DNA of 64,000 nt, from contig JBHLMQ010000006.1 in the NCBI GenBank assembly GCA_048938005.1, forward strand, positions 80,072 through 144,071, read 5' to 3'. Under the pieces are notes generated by a model that made no database searches, was not told where the DNA came from, and saw only the letters and a program-made list of their open reading frames with translations. The position numbers and the translations under genes were made by a program. Shown here piece by piece: positions 18,680-28,671 of the stretch. The stretch's first letter is position 1. Every line of letters begins with the position of its first letter. Origin of the DNA: Promethearchaeota archaeon (GTDB lineage: Archaea > Asgardarchaeota > Lokiarchaeia > Sigyniarchaeales > SOKP01).

Positions 18680-20362
18680 TTATGCATCCCAACCTCCTTT
18701 TGCTCGCGCTTCTTCAATATCTTTTTCCACACGTTCTTTTAATACAACATAATCTGTTTTAGCGACTCTATTTAAGGGAAATTCATCCAAGAATACAACC
18801 AAGGAGGGCCTCTTATAAGCGGCCATGCCTTTACAATGTCCATATACTTGTTCCTCCGTTAAGGTTTCGCCTTCTCTAACTTTAATATACGCTACAATTC
18901 CATCTGTAAATACTTCATGTTTCGCACCAACCACACCAACAAACTCAACTTGTGGTATTTCAGCAATAAATCCTTCAACCTCTGGGGGAAAGACTTGAAA
19001 ACCCTTAGGCTTAATAAGGTATTTTCGTCGACCTGAGAGATGAAGTCCGCTTTCATCTTTAAAACCTAAATCGCCAGTATAGAGTACTCCATCTGTAGAT
19101 AAGGTAGCTCGTGTAGCCTCTTCGTTTCCAAAATACCCAAGAAAGTTTTGTGGTCCTTGAAAGCAAATCTCCCCAATTTCTCCATCTGGTAATTCCTCAC
19201 CTGTAGATCCATCTTCTTTCATAGGTTTTCGTATGCTCATAGGATAAATTGGATAATCTGTCCCTAAGCCAGCAAGTATATCATCAACAGTTCCATCTAA
19301 AGGAGTAAATGTACAAAATCCTGATGATTCCGTTAGCCCAAAACCGCTACCAAATTTAGGTGCCATTGATGATAGCCTCTCAAGGAAGGGTCTATCTACT
19401 GCTTGACCTCCATAAAGTGCAAATTTTAAGGAACTTAGATCATAATCACTGTAATTCGGTAATCGCCATTCCATTACAAATAGCGCCGGGATTTGACCAA
19501 ATGTTGTGATTTTATATTTCTGTATAGCATCTAAAGTTTTTACCGGATCAAATATATGCAAAACTACGCAAGTTGCACCAGCGAACATAGGAGTCATAAA
19601 TTGTTCCGTAGTTCCACCCACATGTGAAGGGGGGAGGTTTACGAGCATTTTATCGTCATCTTCGATATCAAATCCTTTTGCCAAGCACATATTTTGGCAA
19701 GTTATGCTTTTATTAGTCAACATTGCTGGCTTAGGCCAACCTGTAGAGCCTGTCGTGAAGACAATCATAACTGGATCTTCTTCTCCTACTTTAACACATT
19801 CTTCCATAAATCCTTTCATAGATTCAGGATTTTTCATAGCTTCTATAATCTCATTTCTCGCCTCTTCTGCAATTTGATACGCTGGAATTATTCCGCTTCT
19901 ATATTTATCATCTGGAGCACTAAATTGTACTACATATTCTAACCAAGGATTATTCTTTTTTACAGCTGCTCCAATCATCCCAAAATTCGCAGCTGAAGTT
20001 TTTCCAAGATGGCAATACATCTTACATTTCTCCTTTAGTAAATCTAAGTTCTTCATTATTTCTGGTGGTTTTAATCTTAAGTCCATTGGAGTCCACATTA
20101 CACCCAATTTAGCACAGGCATATCCTAAAATAATATGTTCATATAGGAATGGTAGAGATGTTGCTATTATATCTCCCTTTCTAAAGCCCATGTTATAAAG
20201 TTTGAACGCCATTCCTGTAATCGCTTCATTAAACTCCTTATATGTTACCTCTTTTTCAGTATCATAAATTATAAATGCGGTTTTATCAGGTCTTTCTTTA
20301 GCCCATTTTTCGATCACACTACAGATTGTATGGGGATGTTGATTAAATTCTTCCCAAGACAT
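18680..20362 (-). CDS. Acyl-CoA synthetase (AMP-forming)
   Basis: FTTGSTGWPK, FGLTES, YTGDLG, catalytic Lys in NRVAKTD. Confidence 0.93.
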   Translation of the reverse strand: MSWEEFNQHPHTICSVIEKWAKERPDKTAFIIYDTEKEVTYKEFNEAITGMAFKLYNMGFRKGDIIATSLPFLYEHIILGYACAKLGVMWTPMDLRLKPPEIMKNLDLLKEKCKMYCHLGKTSAANFGMIGAAVKKNNPWLEYVVQFSAPDDKYRSGIIPAYQIAEEARNEIIEAMKNPESMKGFMEECVKVGEEDPVMIVFTTGSTGWPKPAMLTNKSITCQNMCLAKGFDIEDDDKMLVNLPPSHVGGTTEQFMTPMFAGATCVVLHIFDPVKTLDAIQKYKITTFGQIPALFVMEWRLPNYSDYDLSSLKFALYGGQAVDRPFLERLSSMAPKFGSGFGLTESSGFCTFTPLDGTVDDILAGLGTDYPIYPMSIRKPMKEDGSTGEELPDGEIGEICFQGPQNFLGYFGNEEATRATLSTDGVLYTGDLGFKDESGLHLSGRRKYLIKPKGFQVFPPEVEGFIAEIPQVEFVGVVGAKHEVFTDGIVAYIKVREGETLTEEQVYGHCKGMAAYKRPSLVVFLDEFPLNRVAKTDYVVLKERVEKDIEEARAKGGWDA

Positions 20363-20439
20363 TTTTTATTTCACTTTATTTTAATTTAATTTGGATTGAG
20401 TATATAAAATTAAGATATAAGACTAAAAAAATGTTTTTT

Positions 20440-21216
20440 TTAATAGAATTGTTTTTTAAAATCCTTAAGATATTGATCTTTATCTTCATGCTCATACCAT
20501 GCTGAACCAATTTTCTCTAATTCATAAGCTTCATTATAAGATTTGTCTGCCAAATGATTACTGCATAATTTAATAGCATTCATAACTGTTTGATTTTTAG
20601 TAAAAAGAAATTTGGCTTTATCCAGCGCAACTTTCATTAACTCATCCCGATCTTCTACAATCTGATCTATCAAACCGATTTCTAATGCTCTTTCAACACT
20701 GATTTTTTCAGCAAACATTAGTATTTTTTTTGTCCAGGGGATCCCAATGACTCTTGTCATTAATACAATAATACCTGTACCTGGAAAAATACCTAAGTTG
20801 ATCTCGGGCATCATGAAAAAAGATTTTCTAATAGCTATCTTATAATCTGAACAAAGTGCATACGCAACTCCATCACCCATAGCTTTACCATTAATAGCAC
20901 ATACAACAGGTTTTCCATAATATAACAAATCTTGGATAGATTTTGCCGTTTTTTCATATTCTTTTACAGCAACTTGGTCACTTCCATCAATTTCATCAAT
21001 ATCCATGCCTGTCGTGAAAGATGATCCATTTCCAGTTAATATTATTCCTCTAATTTTTTCTGAATTTTGGCAGAATTCTATTGTTTTTTTAAGATTCTTT
21101 AACATTTCGGTAGTAATCGCGTTTCCTCTATGAACTCGATTCAATTTTATAATTCCAAACTTTTTTTTTATTGAAAATTCAATAAAAACTCCAAAATCAT
21201 TAGTTTCTGATGACAT
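20440..21216 (-). CDS. Crotonase family enoyl-CoA hydratase/isomerase (tandem paralog 1)
   Basis: FTTGMD, AINGKAMGDG, MPEINLGIFPG. Confidence 0.9.
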   Translation of the reverse strand: MSSETNDFGVFIEFSIKKKFGIIKLNRVHRGNAITTEMLKNLKKTIEFCQNSEKIRGIILTGNGSSFTTGMDIDEIDGSDQVAVKEYEKTAKSIQDLLYYGKPVVCAINGKAMGDGVAYALCSDYKIAIRKSFFMMPEINLGIFPGTGIIVLMTRVIGIPWTKKILMFAEKISVERALEIGLIDQIVEDRDELMKVALDKAKFLFTKNQTVMNAIKLCSNHLADKSYNEAYELEKIGSAWYEHEDKDQYLKDFKKQFY

Positions 21217-21238
21217 ATTAATTCAATTTAAATTTTTC

Positions 21239-22015
21239 TTACTCAAATTTTATTTTAAAATCCTCAATATATTTTTCTTTATCTTCATATTCATACCAAG
21301 ATGAACCATATTTCTCAATTTCGTAAGCTAGAGTATAGGATTTATCGGCCAAATGGTTACTGCATAATTTGATAGCATTTAGAACTGTTTGATTTTTTGT
21401 AAAAAGGAACTTAGCTTTATCTAATGCTGCTTTCATCAAATTTTCTTTATCGCTTACAATTCGATCTATCAGTCCTATTTTCAGAGCTTTTTGAGTATCA
21501 ATTCGCTCAGAAAACATACACATTTTTTTAGTCCAAGGAATTCCAAGTATTCTTGAAAAAAGGACCAAACATGCGGCACCAGTAAAGATTCCAGAAAATA
21601 TCTCTGGCATTTGAAAAAAACTTTCCTTAGTAGCAATTCGATAATCGCAACTTGTTAAAAACACTACACCTTCACCCATGGTTCGTCCATTTACCGCACA
21701 AATAGCTGGTTTACCATAATAGATTAATTTACAGATATTTGCCGCAGTCCCTTCCAAATATTTCACTGCTTCATGATCGCTCCCATCAATAGCTCCTAAG
21801 TCAACTCCAGTACTAAAAGAAGTTCCATTATTTGTTAGAATTAATCCCCTTATTTTATCTTCTTTTTGGCAGTATTCTACAGCTTTTTTTAAATTTTCGA
21901 ATTGTTTAATATCAAATGCATTTGATCTATGAAGTCTATTAAGTGTTATAATCCCAAATCGCTTTTTTACTGTGAAATCGATATATTCTCCAAATTGTAA
22001 ATTATTAGAAGACAT
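21239..22015 (-). CDS. Crotonase family enoyl-CoA hydratase/isomerase (tandem paralog 2)
   Basis: FSTGVD, AVNGRTMGEG, MPEIFSGIFTG. Confidence 0.9.
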   Translation of the reverse strand: MSSNNLQFGEYIDFTVKKRFGIITLNRLHRSNAFDIKQFENLKKAVEYCQKEDKIRGLILTNNGTSFSTGVDLGAIDGSDHEAVKYLEGTAANICKLIYYGKPAICAVNGRTMGEGVVFLTSCDYRIATKESFFQMPEIFSGIFTGAACLVLFSRILGIPWTKKMCMFSERIDTQKALKIGLIDRIVSDKENLMKAALDKAKFLFTKNQTVLNAIKLCSNHLADKSYTLAYEIEKYGSSWYEYEDKEKYIEDFKIKFE

Positions 22016-22127
22016 AATTTACATTAATTTTCAATTAATAAAAAACAATAATAAATTAATTCAATATAAATGATTTATGGAGAAGTAAAACTTGATAGAA
22101 AACAAAAACTCATTAAATTAAATATAG

Positions 22128-24209
22128 ATGCCAGTTCATATCACTGATTTTATTGAGGAAGAATCTGGTGTAATAAAAAAAAGAGATTTAAAGAAATCAT
22201 CAAACTTAAAACAAGTCTTTTCATTAATAAATCAACATTTATATGGAAAGCTAAAATACACCGATACCGATACTAGAACACGTTCTAAACAAATTATAAA
22301 CCTTCTATTATGCAAGTTAGTTGATGAAATTAATAAAAAATCTGAAGAAGAAGTTGAATTTTTTATAAGAATTGGCGAATCTGATAAGCAGTTATTAAAA
22401 AGAATTCAAGCCTTTTTCAATGTAAATGTACGAGAGAAATATAAAGATATAATTGATGAAAATGAACAAATCAAATTAAATAAAGAACTTGTACATTTAG
22501 TTGTAAAAGAATTAGAGTATATCTCACTTCTTCAATCATCTAAAGATATTTTAAGTGATGCTTTCGAAATTTTTGTTAGTAAGATTTTAAAAGATGAAGC
22601 AGGGCAATTCTTTACCCCTCCCAATATAATAAAATTTATGGTAAATTATTTAGATCCTGTTGTCGATTCAAAAATTTTAGATCCTGCATGCGGTCATGGA
22701 GGTTTCCTACTTGAAGCAAAAGATCTATTATGGTCTAAAATTGAATCAGAAGAAAAAAGAATTGAATCAATCTCAAACCTCTTTGGCATTGATAAGGATT
22801 TATTTCTGGCAAAAATTAGTAAATTATATTTAGAAATATTAAGTAATGGAAAATCTAACATTTTTTGTGAAGATTCTTTAGATTCAAAAAGCTATAGACC
22901 TCCAGCAAAGCAAATAATAAAAAATGATACATTTGATTATATTTTTACTAATCCACCATTCGGTGTCAAAATTCCAATAAATAATAAAGAAATTTTAACC
23001 GATTATCGACTAGGACATGCTTGGAAAAATATTGATGGCAGATGGAAAATGCAAAATAAATTAATGAAACAACAAGCTCCTCAAGTTTTGTTTATTGAAA
23101 GGTGTATTCAATTACTTAATAATGGTGGCAAATTAGGTATAGTTTTGCCAGAAGGAATATTCGGAAATCCTACAGATCGCTATATTTGGGAATATTTAAT
23201 TACTAATGGTAAAATATTAGCTATAGTTTCTTTAGATCAGAATACATTTCAACCTTATACATGCAATAAAACAAGTATTCTATTTTTTCAAAAATTAAAT
23301 AATGTTCCAGAGGATTATATAATTGATTTTGCAATTGTAGAAAACGTTGGACATGATAAAGATGGTAAAATTTTATACAAACTGAATAATGATGGAAGCA
23401 AAAAATTAGATTCTAAAGATAATCCGATAGTAAATGATGATCTCATAGATTTACATTTAGCAATAAAAGATGCTGAAGAATTTAATTATTTAAAGGAACA
23501 AAAAATCTTTAAAATTAAATACAGCCAAGTTAAAGATAAAATTTTCATCCCCATTTATTATACTGGGGTAGAAAAAACTTTAAAGAAGCTTGAAAATGAT
23601 AAGAATTTCACTCTTGCTACAATTCAAGATTTGGTGGATAAGAAAATAATCTATAGTAATAAAGGTGGTTATCTCCCTCGAGGAGATGAGATTGGTTCAC
23701 ATGTATATGGCTTAGGTGATATCCCTTTTATTCGAACAAGCGAATTAAACAACTGGGAGATAAACTTAGATTCCTATAAAAAAACTAGTGAGGAAGTATA
23801 TGAACAGTACAAATCTAAGCAGAACATTGAAGCAGGTGACATTCTAATAGTTAAAGATGGTGGCCCTAATTTAATAGGTAAAACAGCATATATAACAGAA
23901 CTGGATACTAAAATAATTATCCAAAGCCATATATTCCAGATTAAAACTTTAGAGAATGATGAATTCATCGATTCCTACCTATTACTATACTTATTAAATT
24001 TAGAAATTGTCCAAAAACAAATACAAGCAATAACCTTTGTTCAGGGTACGATAGCCACTATAGGCAATCGAATAATGGAATTAGGTTTACCTATACCTTC
24101 TGATTTTAATAAAAGGAGGGAAATATCAGATTATATAAAAAAAATTATAAAATCTAAAATAGAAATCAAAAAAGAAATTCAAAAAATATCACATTATCAT
24201 GAATATTGA
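22128..24209 (+). CDS. N6-adenine DNA methyltransferase (HsdM-like) fused to one HsdS-like target recognition domain
   Basis: GQFFTP, LDPACGHGGFL, FTNPPFG; C-terminal PFIRTS, GDILIVKDG...IGK, LPIP; no HsdR in the window. Confidence 0.9.
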   Translation: MPVHITDFIEEESGVIKKRDLKKSSNLKQVFSLINQHLYGKLKYTDTDTRTRSKQIINLLLCKLVDEINKKSEEEVEFFIRIGESDKQLLKRIQAFFNVNVREKYKDIIDENEQIKLNKELVHLVVKELEYISLLQSSKDILSDAFEIFVSKILKDEAGQFFTPPNIIKFMVNYLDPVVDSKILDPACGHGGFLLEAKDLLWSKIESEEKRIESISNLFGIDKDLFLAKISKLYLEILSNGKSNIFCEDSLDSKSYRPPAKQIIKNDTFDYIFTNPPFGVKIPINNKEILTDYRLGHAWKNIDGRWKMQNKLMKQQAPQVLFIERCIQLLNNGGKLGIVLPEGIFGNPTDRYIWEYLITNGKILAIVSLDQNTFQPYTCNKTSILFFQKLNNVPEDYIIDFAIVENVGHDKDGKILYKLNNDGSKKLDSKDNPIVNDDLIDLHLAIKDAEEFNYLKEQKIFKIKYSQVKDKIFIPIYYTGVEKTLKKLENDKNFTLATIQDLVDKKIIYSNKGGYLPRGDEIGSHVYGLGDIPFIRTSELNNWEINLDSYKKTSEEVYEQYKSKQNIEAGDILIVKDGGPNLIGKTAYITELDTKIIIQSHIFQIKTLENDEFIDSYLLLYLLNLEIVQKQIQAITFVQGTIATIGNRIMELGLPIPSDFNKRREISDYIKKIIKSKIEIKKEIQKISHYHEY

Positions 24210-24636
24210 AACATTTTCAATAAAATATTATGAGAAAGTTATTGAACTTTGGAGAAAAACTGGAATCAGTCTAGGATCTTCTGACACTAAAGAAGGACTC
24301 GAGAGAATGGTTCAACGAAATCCTAAACTCTTTTTAATTGGTAAAATAAACGAAAAATTGATAAGTGTAGTTATGGGTGGATTTGATGGGAGAAGAGGAT
24401 ATGTTCATCATCTAGCAGTAGATCCAGCTTATCAAAAGAAAGGATATGGTAAGTTGATGATGGATGAATTAATGAAGAAATTTCAGGAATTGGAAGTTCA
24501 TAAAGTTCATTTATTTATTGAAAAACATAATAAAACAGTCGTTGATTTTTACCAAAATTTGGGATGGGACATTAGAGATGATTTGATGATGATGAGTTAT
24601 ATCCCAGATAAAAATTTATACAAAATGAGAATATAG
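24199..24636 (+). CDS. GNAT acetyltransferase, YpeA-like
   Basis: MGGFDGRRGYVHHLAVDPAYQKKGYG, FYQNLGW; overlaps the methyltransferase stop by 11 nt. Confidence 0.92.
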   Translation: MNIETFSIKYYEKVIELWRKTGISLGSSDTKEGLERMVQRNPKLFLIGKINEKLISVVMGGFDGRRGYVHHLAVDPAYQKKGYGKLMMDELMKKFQELEVHKVHLFIEKHNKTVVDFYQNLGWDIRDDLMMMSYIPDKNLYKMRI

Positions 24637-24758
24637 TAACTAAACAGTTTTCGATTTCTACGAAATTTGTATTTCAGTTTTAGATTATTTTTAAAATTTT
24701 ATATAATATTGAAATGAATAATATTACATATTCTTACAAAATTCAAATTTGATTGAAA

Positions 24759-26540
24759 ATGAGTGATGAGATTACAGAATACTGGATGAAAAATTGGCCA
24801 AAAGAAACACCTAGAAATATTGATTATGATGAGATTCCTTTAGGGGACCTTTTAAGTAGAACTGCGTTAAAATATCCCGATTCGCAAGCGGTTTTTTTTG
24901 AGGGGTTTCGAATGACATATCTCGAATTAGATACACTAGTGGATCAATTTGCTACTGGACTATCTAAATTGGGAATAACAAAAGGAGATGTAGTATGTAT
25001 TGACTTACCTAACGTTCCTCAATACGTGATCGCCCATTGGGCAGTTATTAGACTTGGAGCAATTTCGAATCCTATCCTTCCAGTTAATAGATTTGTAGAA
25101 ATTGCGCATCAAGTTAACGATTCAAAAGCCAAAATTTTGATAATCTTAGATTTTTTATACGAAGAATATATTCTTGGAAAAGACCTTAGTAAAATGTCTA
25201 CAATAAAAAGCATAATATTAACTGGCAGTGCAGAATACTTACCTAAAATGAAAGCTAAGATAGGAACTGCTTTAGGAATAGTTCCAAGAATGAAAAAGTG
25301 GCCAGAAAAAGTTAATAACATCATGTTTCATAAATTTCAAGATGTTTTGCAAAGTGGGCTACCGATAAATGTGCCTAAAGTAGATATTGATATCAAGAAA
25401 GAATCTAGCATTTTAATATATACTGGTGGAACAACCGGGGTTCCAAAAGGGGTTATGACTTCTCATTTTAATATGATCGCAAATACTATACAAATTGTTA
25501 CATGGGCATATACTCAAGTACCTGAAATGGAAGCAGTAAAAGGAAAAGGAGGAATGTTGCTCGTAGTACCATTAGCTCATTCTTATGGAAATATAGCAAT
25601 GACTGTTGCTATACATCAAGGATGGAAATTGATCCTAGTACCACGTCCGCCAGATAAGATATCAAATATTTTAAAAATAATTATGAAAGAGAAAGCTACA
25701 TATATGCCTGGAGTTCCTACACTTTTTATAAAAGTTAATCAAGACCCTGATTCCGCCAAATATAAGAATAAACTTAGCTCACTAATAGCCTGTATAAGTG
25801 GTGCTTCTGCTTTGCCTTTTGAAGTTAAAAATACATTTGAAGAACTGACGAGTGCCATTATTGTTGAAGGTTACGGAGTGTCAGAATGTTCTCCCATAAT
25901 AACCATAAATCCATTCATAAAAGTACTTCAAAAAATAAACACTGTTGGTTTTCCGCTGTCCGACACGTTAATTAAGATTGTTGACATTGAAGAGGGAAAA
26001 AAAATTCTCCCCCAATGTCCTAACGAAAATTGTGATAAATGTGGAGAAGATGAGCAACAATATATAGGAGAAATATGCGGATCTGGACCACAGGTTATGC
26101 TAGGTTACTTAGGAAGAAAAGAAGATACGGATTATGCATTAAGAAAAGATTCAAAAGGAATAATCTGGTATTATACAGCGGATATAGGCTGTATTGATAA
26201 AGAGGGATATTTACATATCAAAGATAGAAAACGTGATATGATAAAAAGAAAGGGTCACGCTGTATTCCCTAGTGAGATAGAAGATCTAATTTATATGAAT
26301 GAAGCTGTGAATGAAGTAGGGGTTATTGGTGTCCCTAATCCAGAAACTGGACAAGAAATAAAAGCATTTATATCGTTAAAATCTGAATATCAGGGGAAAA
26401 TAATTGAAGAAGATATTTTAGAATGGTGTAAGGCAAATATCAGTCCGTTTAAATATCCTAGAATAATTGAGATCGTATCCGAATTACCTAAATCTGTGAT
26501 TGGTAAAATTTTAAAAAGAGAATTACGAAAGGAAGAGTAA
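24759..26540 (+). CDS. Long-chain acyl-CoA synthetase with Cys-rich insertion
   Basis: YTGGTTGVPKG, EGYGVSE, YTADIG, PKSVIGK; insert CPNENCDKC. Confidence 0.93.
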   Translation: MSDEITEYWMKNWPKETPRNIDYDEIPLGDLLSRTALKYPDSQAVFFEGFRMTYLELDTLVDQFATGLSKLGITKGDVVCIDLPNVPQYVIAHWAVIRLGAISNPILPVNRFVEIAHQVNDSKAKILIILDFLYEEYILGKDLSKMSTIKSIILTGSAEYLPKMKAKIGTALGIVPRMKKWPEKVNNIMFHKFQDVLQSGLPINVPKVDIDIKKESSILIYTGGTTGVPKGVMTSHFNMIANTIQIVTWAYTQVPEMEAVKGKGGMLLVVPLAHSYGNIAMTVAIHQGWKLILVPRPPDKISNILKIIMKEKATYMPGVPTLFIKVNQDPDSAKYKNKLSSLIACISGASALPFEVKNTFEELTSAIIVEGYGVSECSPIITINPFIKVLQKINTVGFPLSDTLIKIVDIEEGKKILPQCPNENCDKCGEDEQQYIGEICGSGPQVMLGYLGRKEDTDYALRKDSKGIIWYYTADIGCIDKEGYLHIKDRKRDMIKRKGHAVFPSEIEDLIYMNEAVNEVGVIGVPNPETGQEIKAFISLKSEYQGKIIEEDILEWCKANISPFKYPRIIEIVSELPKSVIGKILKRELRKEE

Positions 26541-26591
26541 TATTATATAATCATTTATTTTTTTTATTTAAGAAAAGAAAAAATAATAATT

Positions 26592-27614
26592 TTAAGATAT
26601 ATTCGAACATAATTTTTTCAATAATATTTCTGCTTTTTTTGTATAGCCACTAACAATATCATCAACATTGAGTATAGAATCGATTAAACCACACGTTTGT
26701 CCTACTGGAACAGCTCCATCAACTACATCGCCTTTTGTATACACTATTTCATAAGCAATAAGGTCTTTTAGGTATTCATCCATCTCGTAAGCTAATTCTT
26801 GCGCTATTTTTTCTTCTTTCGTCATTACTTTACCATGTTCTAAGCAATATTTATTTTTCAATAATCTAATAGGTCCAAAACCTCCGGTAGTAAGCATCGT
26901 ATCTCGAGCTGTAGCAGGAAGGATTAGATCTTTGTAGTTTTGCCGGAATTCACTTTGATTAGAAGCGATAAATCGTGTTCCCATGGCAATAGCATCAGCC
27001 CCCATAGCCAACCCCGCCGCTACTCCCTCTGGACTAGCAAAACCTCCACATCCTACCAATAATTTATTGGGGTATTTCTGAGCAACTTGTTGTAATAAAA
27101 CTAATGTAGTTACACCTTCATAACTTTGGTGGCCACCACCTTCAGTTCCTGTTGCCACAATGCCATCGCAACCTGATTCTACTATCTTATCCACTAACCA
27201 TAAAGCGGGTCCAACATGAAAATGATACATATCAGGTGCTTTTTCTTTCCACATTTTGCCTGCTAAACGGGGACCTCCAGCACTAGTTAAACCATATATT
27301 AATTGTTCCCTTAGTTTAGGGTTCTCATTACGCCATTGTGGAATCCTTCTTAGCAAAGCTCTATGATCTGTCTGAATTCGAGCAACACGAACGTTTAAAC
27401 CAAATGGTTTATCCGTATGTTCGATAACATAATCTAATTGCTCTTTGAAATCTTTAACTGAATTTTTTCCTCTTAATGTAGCATGACTTACAACTCCTAA
27501 TCCACCCGCCTCAGAAACTGCAATAGCTAATTCAGTTGTATAGAATGGACCCATTGGAGCACTAATAATAGGGTATTTTATCCCAAACTTTTCAGTTATT
27601 CTTGTTTTAATCAT
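26592..27614 (-). CDS. Nitronate monooxygenase / FabK-like FMN enoyl-thioester reductase
   Basis: YPIISAPM, EAGGLG, GTEGGGH, MGTRF, GQTCGLI. Confidence 0.9.
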   Translation of the reverse strand: MIKTRITEKFGIKYPIISAPMGPFYTTELAIAVSEAGGLGVVSHATLRGKNSVKDFKEQLDYVIEHTDKPFGLNVRVARIQTDHRALLRRIPQWRNENPKLREQLIYGLTSAGGPRLAGKMWKEKAPDMYHFHVGPALWLVDKIVESGCDGIVATGTEGGGHQSYEGVTTLVLLQQVAQKYPNKLLVGCGGFASPEGVAAGLAMGADAIAMGTRFIASNQSEFRQNYKDLILPATARDTMLTTGGFGPIRLLKNKYCLEHGKVMTKEEKIAQELAYEMDEYLKDLIAYEIVYTKGDVVDGAVPVGQTCGLIDSILNVDDIVSGYTKKAEILLKKLCSNIS

Positions 27615-27758
27615 TTTTTATTATACCTTAAAAATTAAAATAATAATTGAATATAACTTCCTTTTTAATAATAAAAAAGCTATCTAAATTAATTATGTTG
27701 AATGATAAGGTTTACTTTAAAATTAATAAAAATGGGATAATAAATAAAAATAGATTAG

Positions 27759-28385
27759 TTAGAATTTATAACCACATTTCTTGCAGACATTAATTTTGGA
27801 ATATAGTGGGCTGTGTCCGACGTAGCTAAGCACTTTACTTTTATCTTCTTCTACTTTTAAATCCTTCCCTCTTGCGCCGCACATTGGACAAATCAAGCGT
27901 TCTTTACTGGTATATTCCATTGGTTCGGCTGGTTTTAATGCGGACAATTCTGTTTCTGCCTTTTCTAGTTTAACTTTTTGTTCATCAAAAGTTTTTTCTT
28001 TTTCTTTAAGATTTTCATTCAATTTCGTTATTTCTTGCTTTAAATCATCCATTTCTTGTTTTAAATCATTTATTTCTGCGTTTAATTTATTCAATTCATC
28101 ATCTTTTAAAGTAATTGTTTTTTTCAAATCATAAATTTCGCTGTTTAATTTATCAATTTTGTTAGCCGTATTTTCTAGCTCAGAGATTTTTCCTCTAGTA
28201 TCTTCTAATTTAGAACTCAAAATATCTCTTGATTTTCCTAAGTTTGCTATTTCTTCATCCTTCTTTGCTAAAATGTCTTTAAGTTCACTAATCTCTGCTT
28301 CATACGTACTAACTTTATTTTGTAATGCTTTTACTATTTTATTATCTAGATCAGTAGTAAGATCTTTCATTTCATCTTGAGAAAT
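27759..28385 (-). CDS. Coiled-coil protein with C-terminal zinc ribbon
   Basis: Long heptad-rich E/K/L region; CPMC...CKKCGYKF; SD GAGGTG lies 8 nt before the ATT at 28385 (alternative ATG at 28370). Confidence 0.8.
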   Translation of the reverse strand: MSQDEMKDLTTDLDNKIVKALQNKVSTYEAEISELKDILAKKDEEIANLGKSRDILSSKLEDTRGKISELENTANKIDKLNSEIYDLKKTITLKDDELNKLNAEINDLKQEMDDLKQEITKLNENLKEKEKTFDEQKVKLEKAETELSALKPAEPMEYTSKERLICPMCGARGKDLKVEEDKSKVLSYVGHSPLYSKINVCKKCGYKF

Positions 28386-28671
28386 AACTACTACACCTCT
28401 ATCGCATCTCAAATAATTAATATAATTGTAATTAAAATTTGGAATTTGATTAATTGAAATTTTTAGCAATATACTATATATATTTACAAGAATTTTATAA
28501 TAGAATTTATATTTAAGCTTTTATTTTGCGATGTTTTCTATGATAAAAAAGATATTTGACTTTACTGTAATACTATTTGCCAGATTTTTGAGAAATTAAA
28601 TATTAATTAAACATTTGAAATTATAATTACACAATATAAAAGTAAAAAAATATTGAATTAGTGAAGAATAA

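Noticed and set aside
22128-24209. Active restriction-modification or defence island
   Set aside because: No nuclease, HsdR, integrase or other defence gene nearby; the flanks are metabolic genes.
27759-28469. Rad50/SMC partner for the Mre11-like gene
   Set aside because: No Walker motifs, too short, and the Zn finger is terminal. The track's longer N-terminus runs through AT-rich promoter-like DNA.
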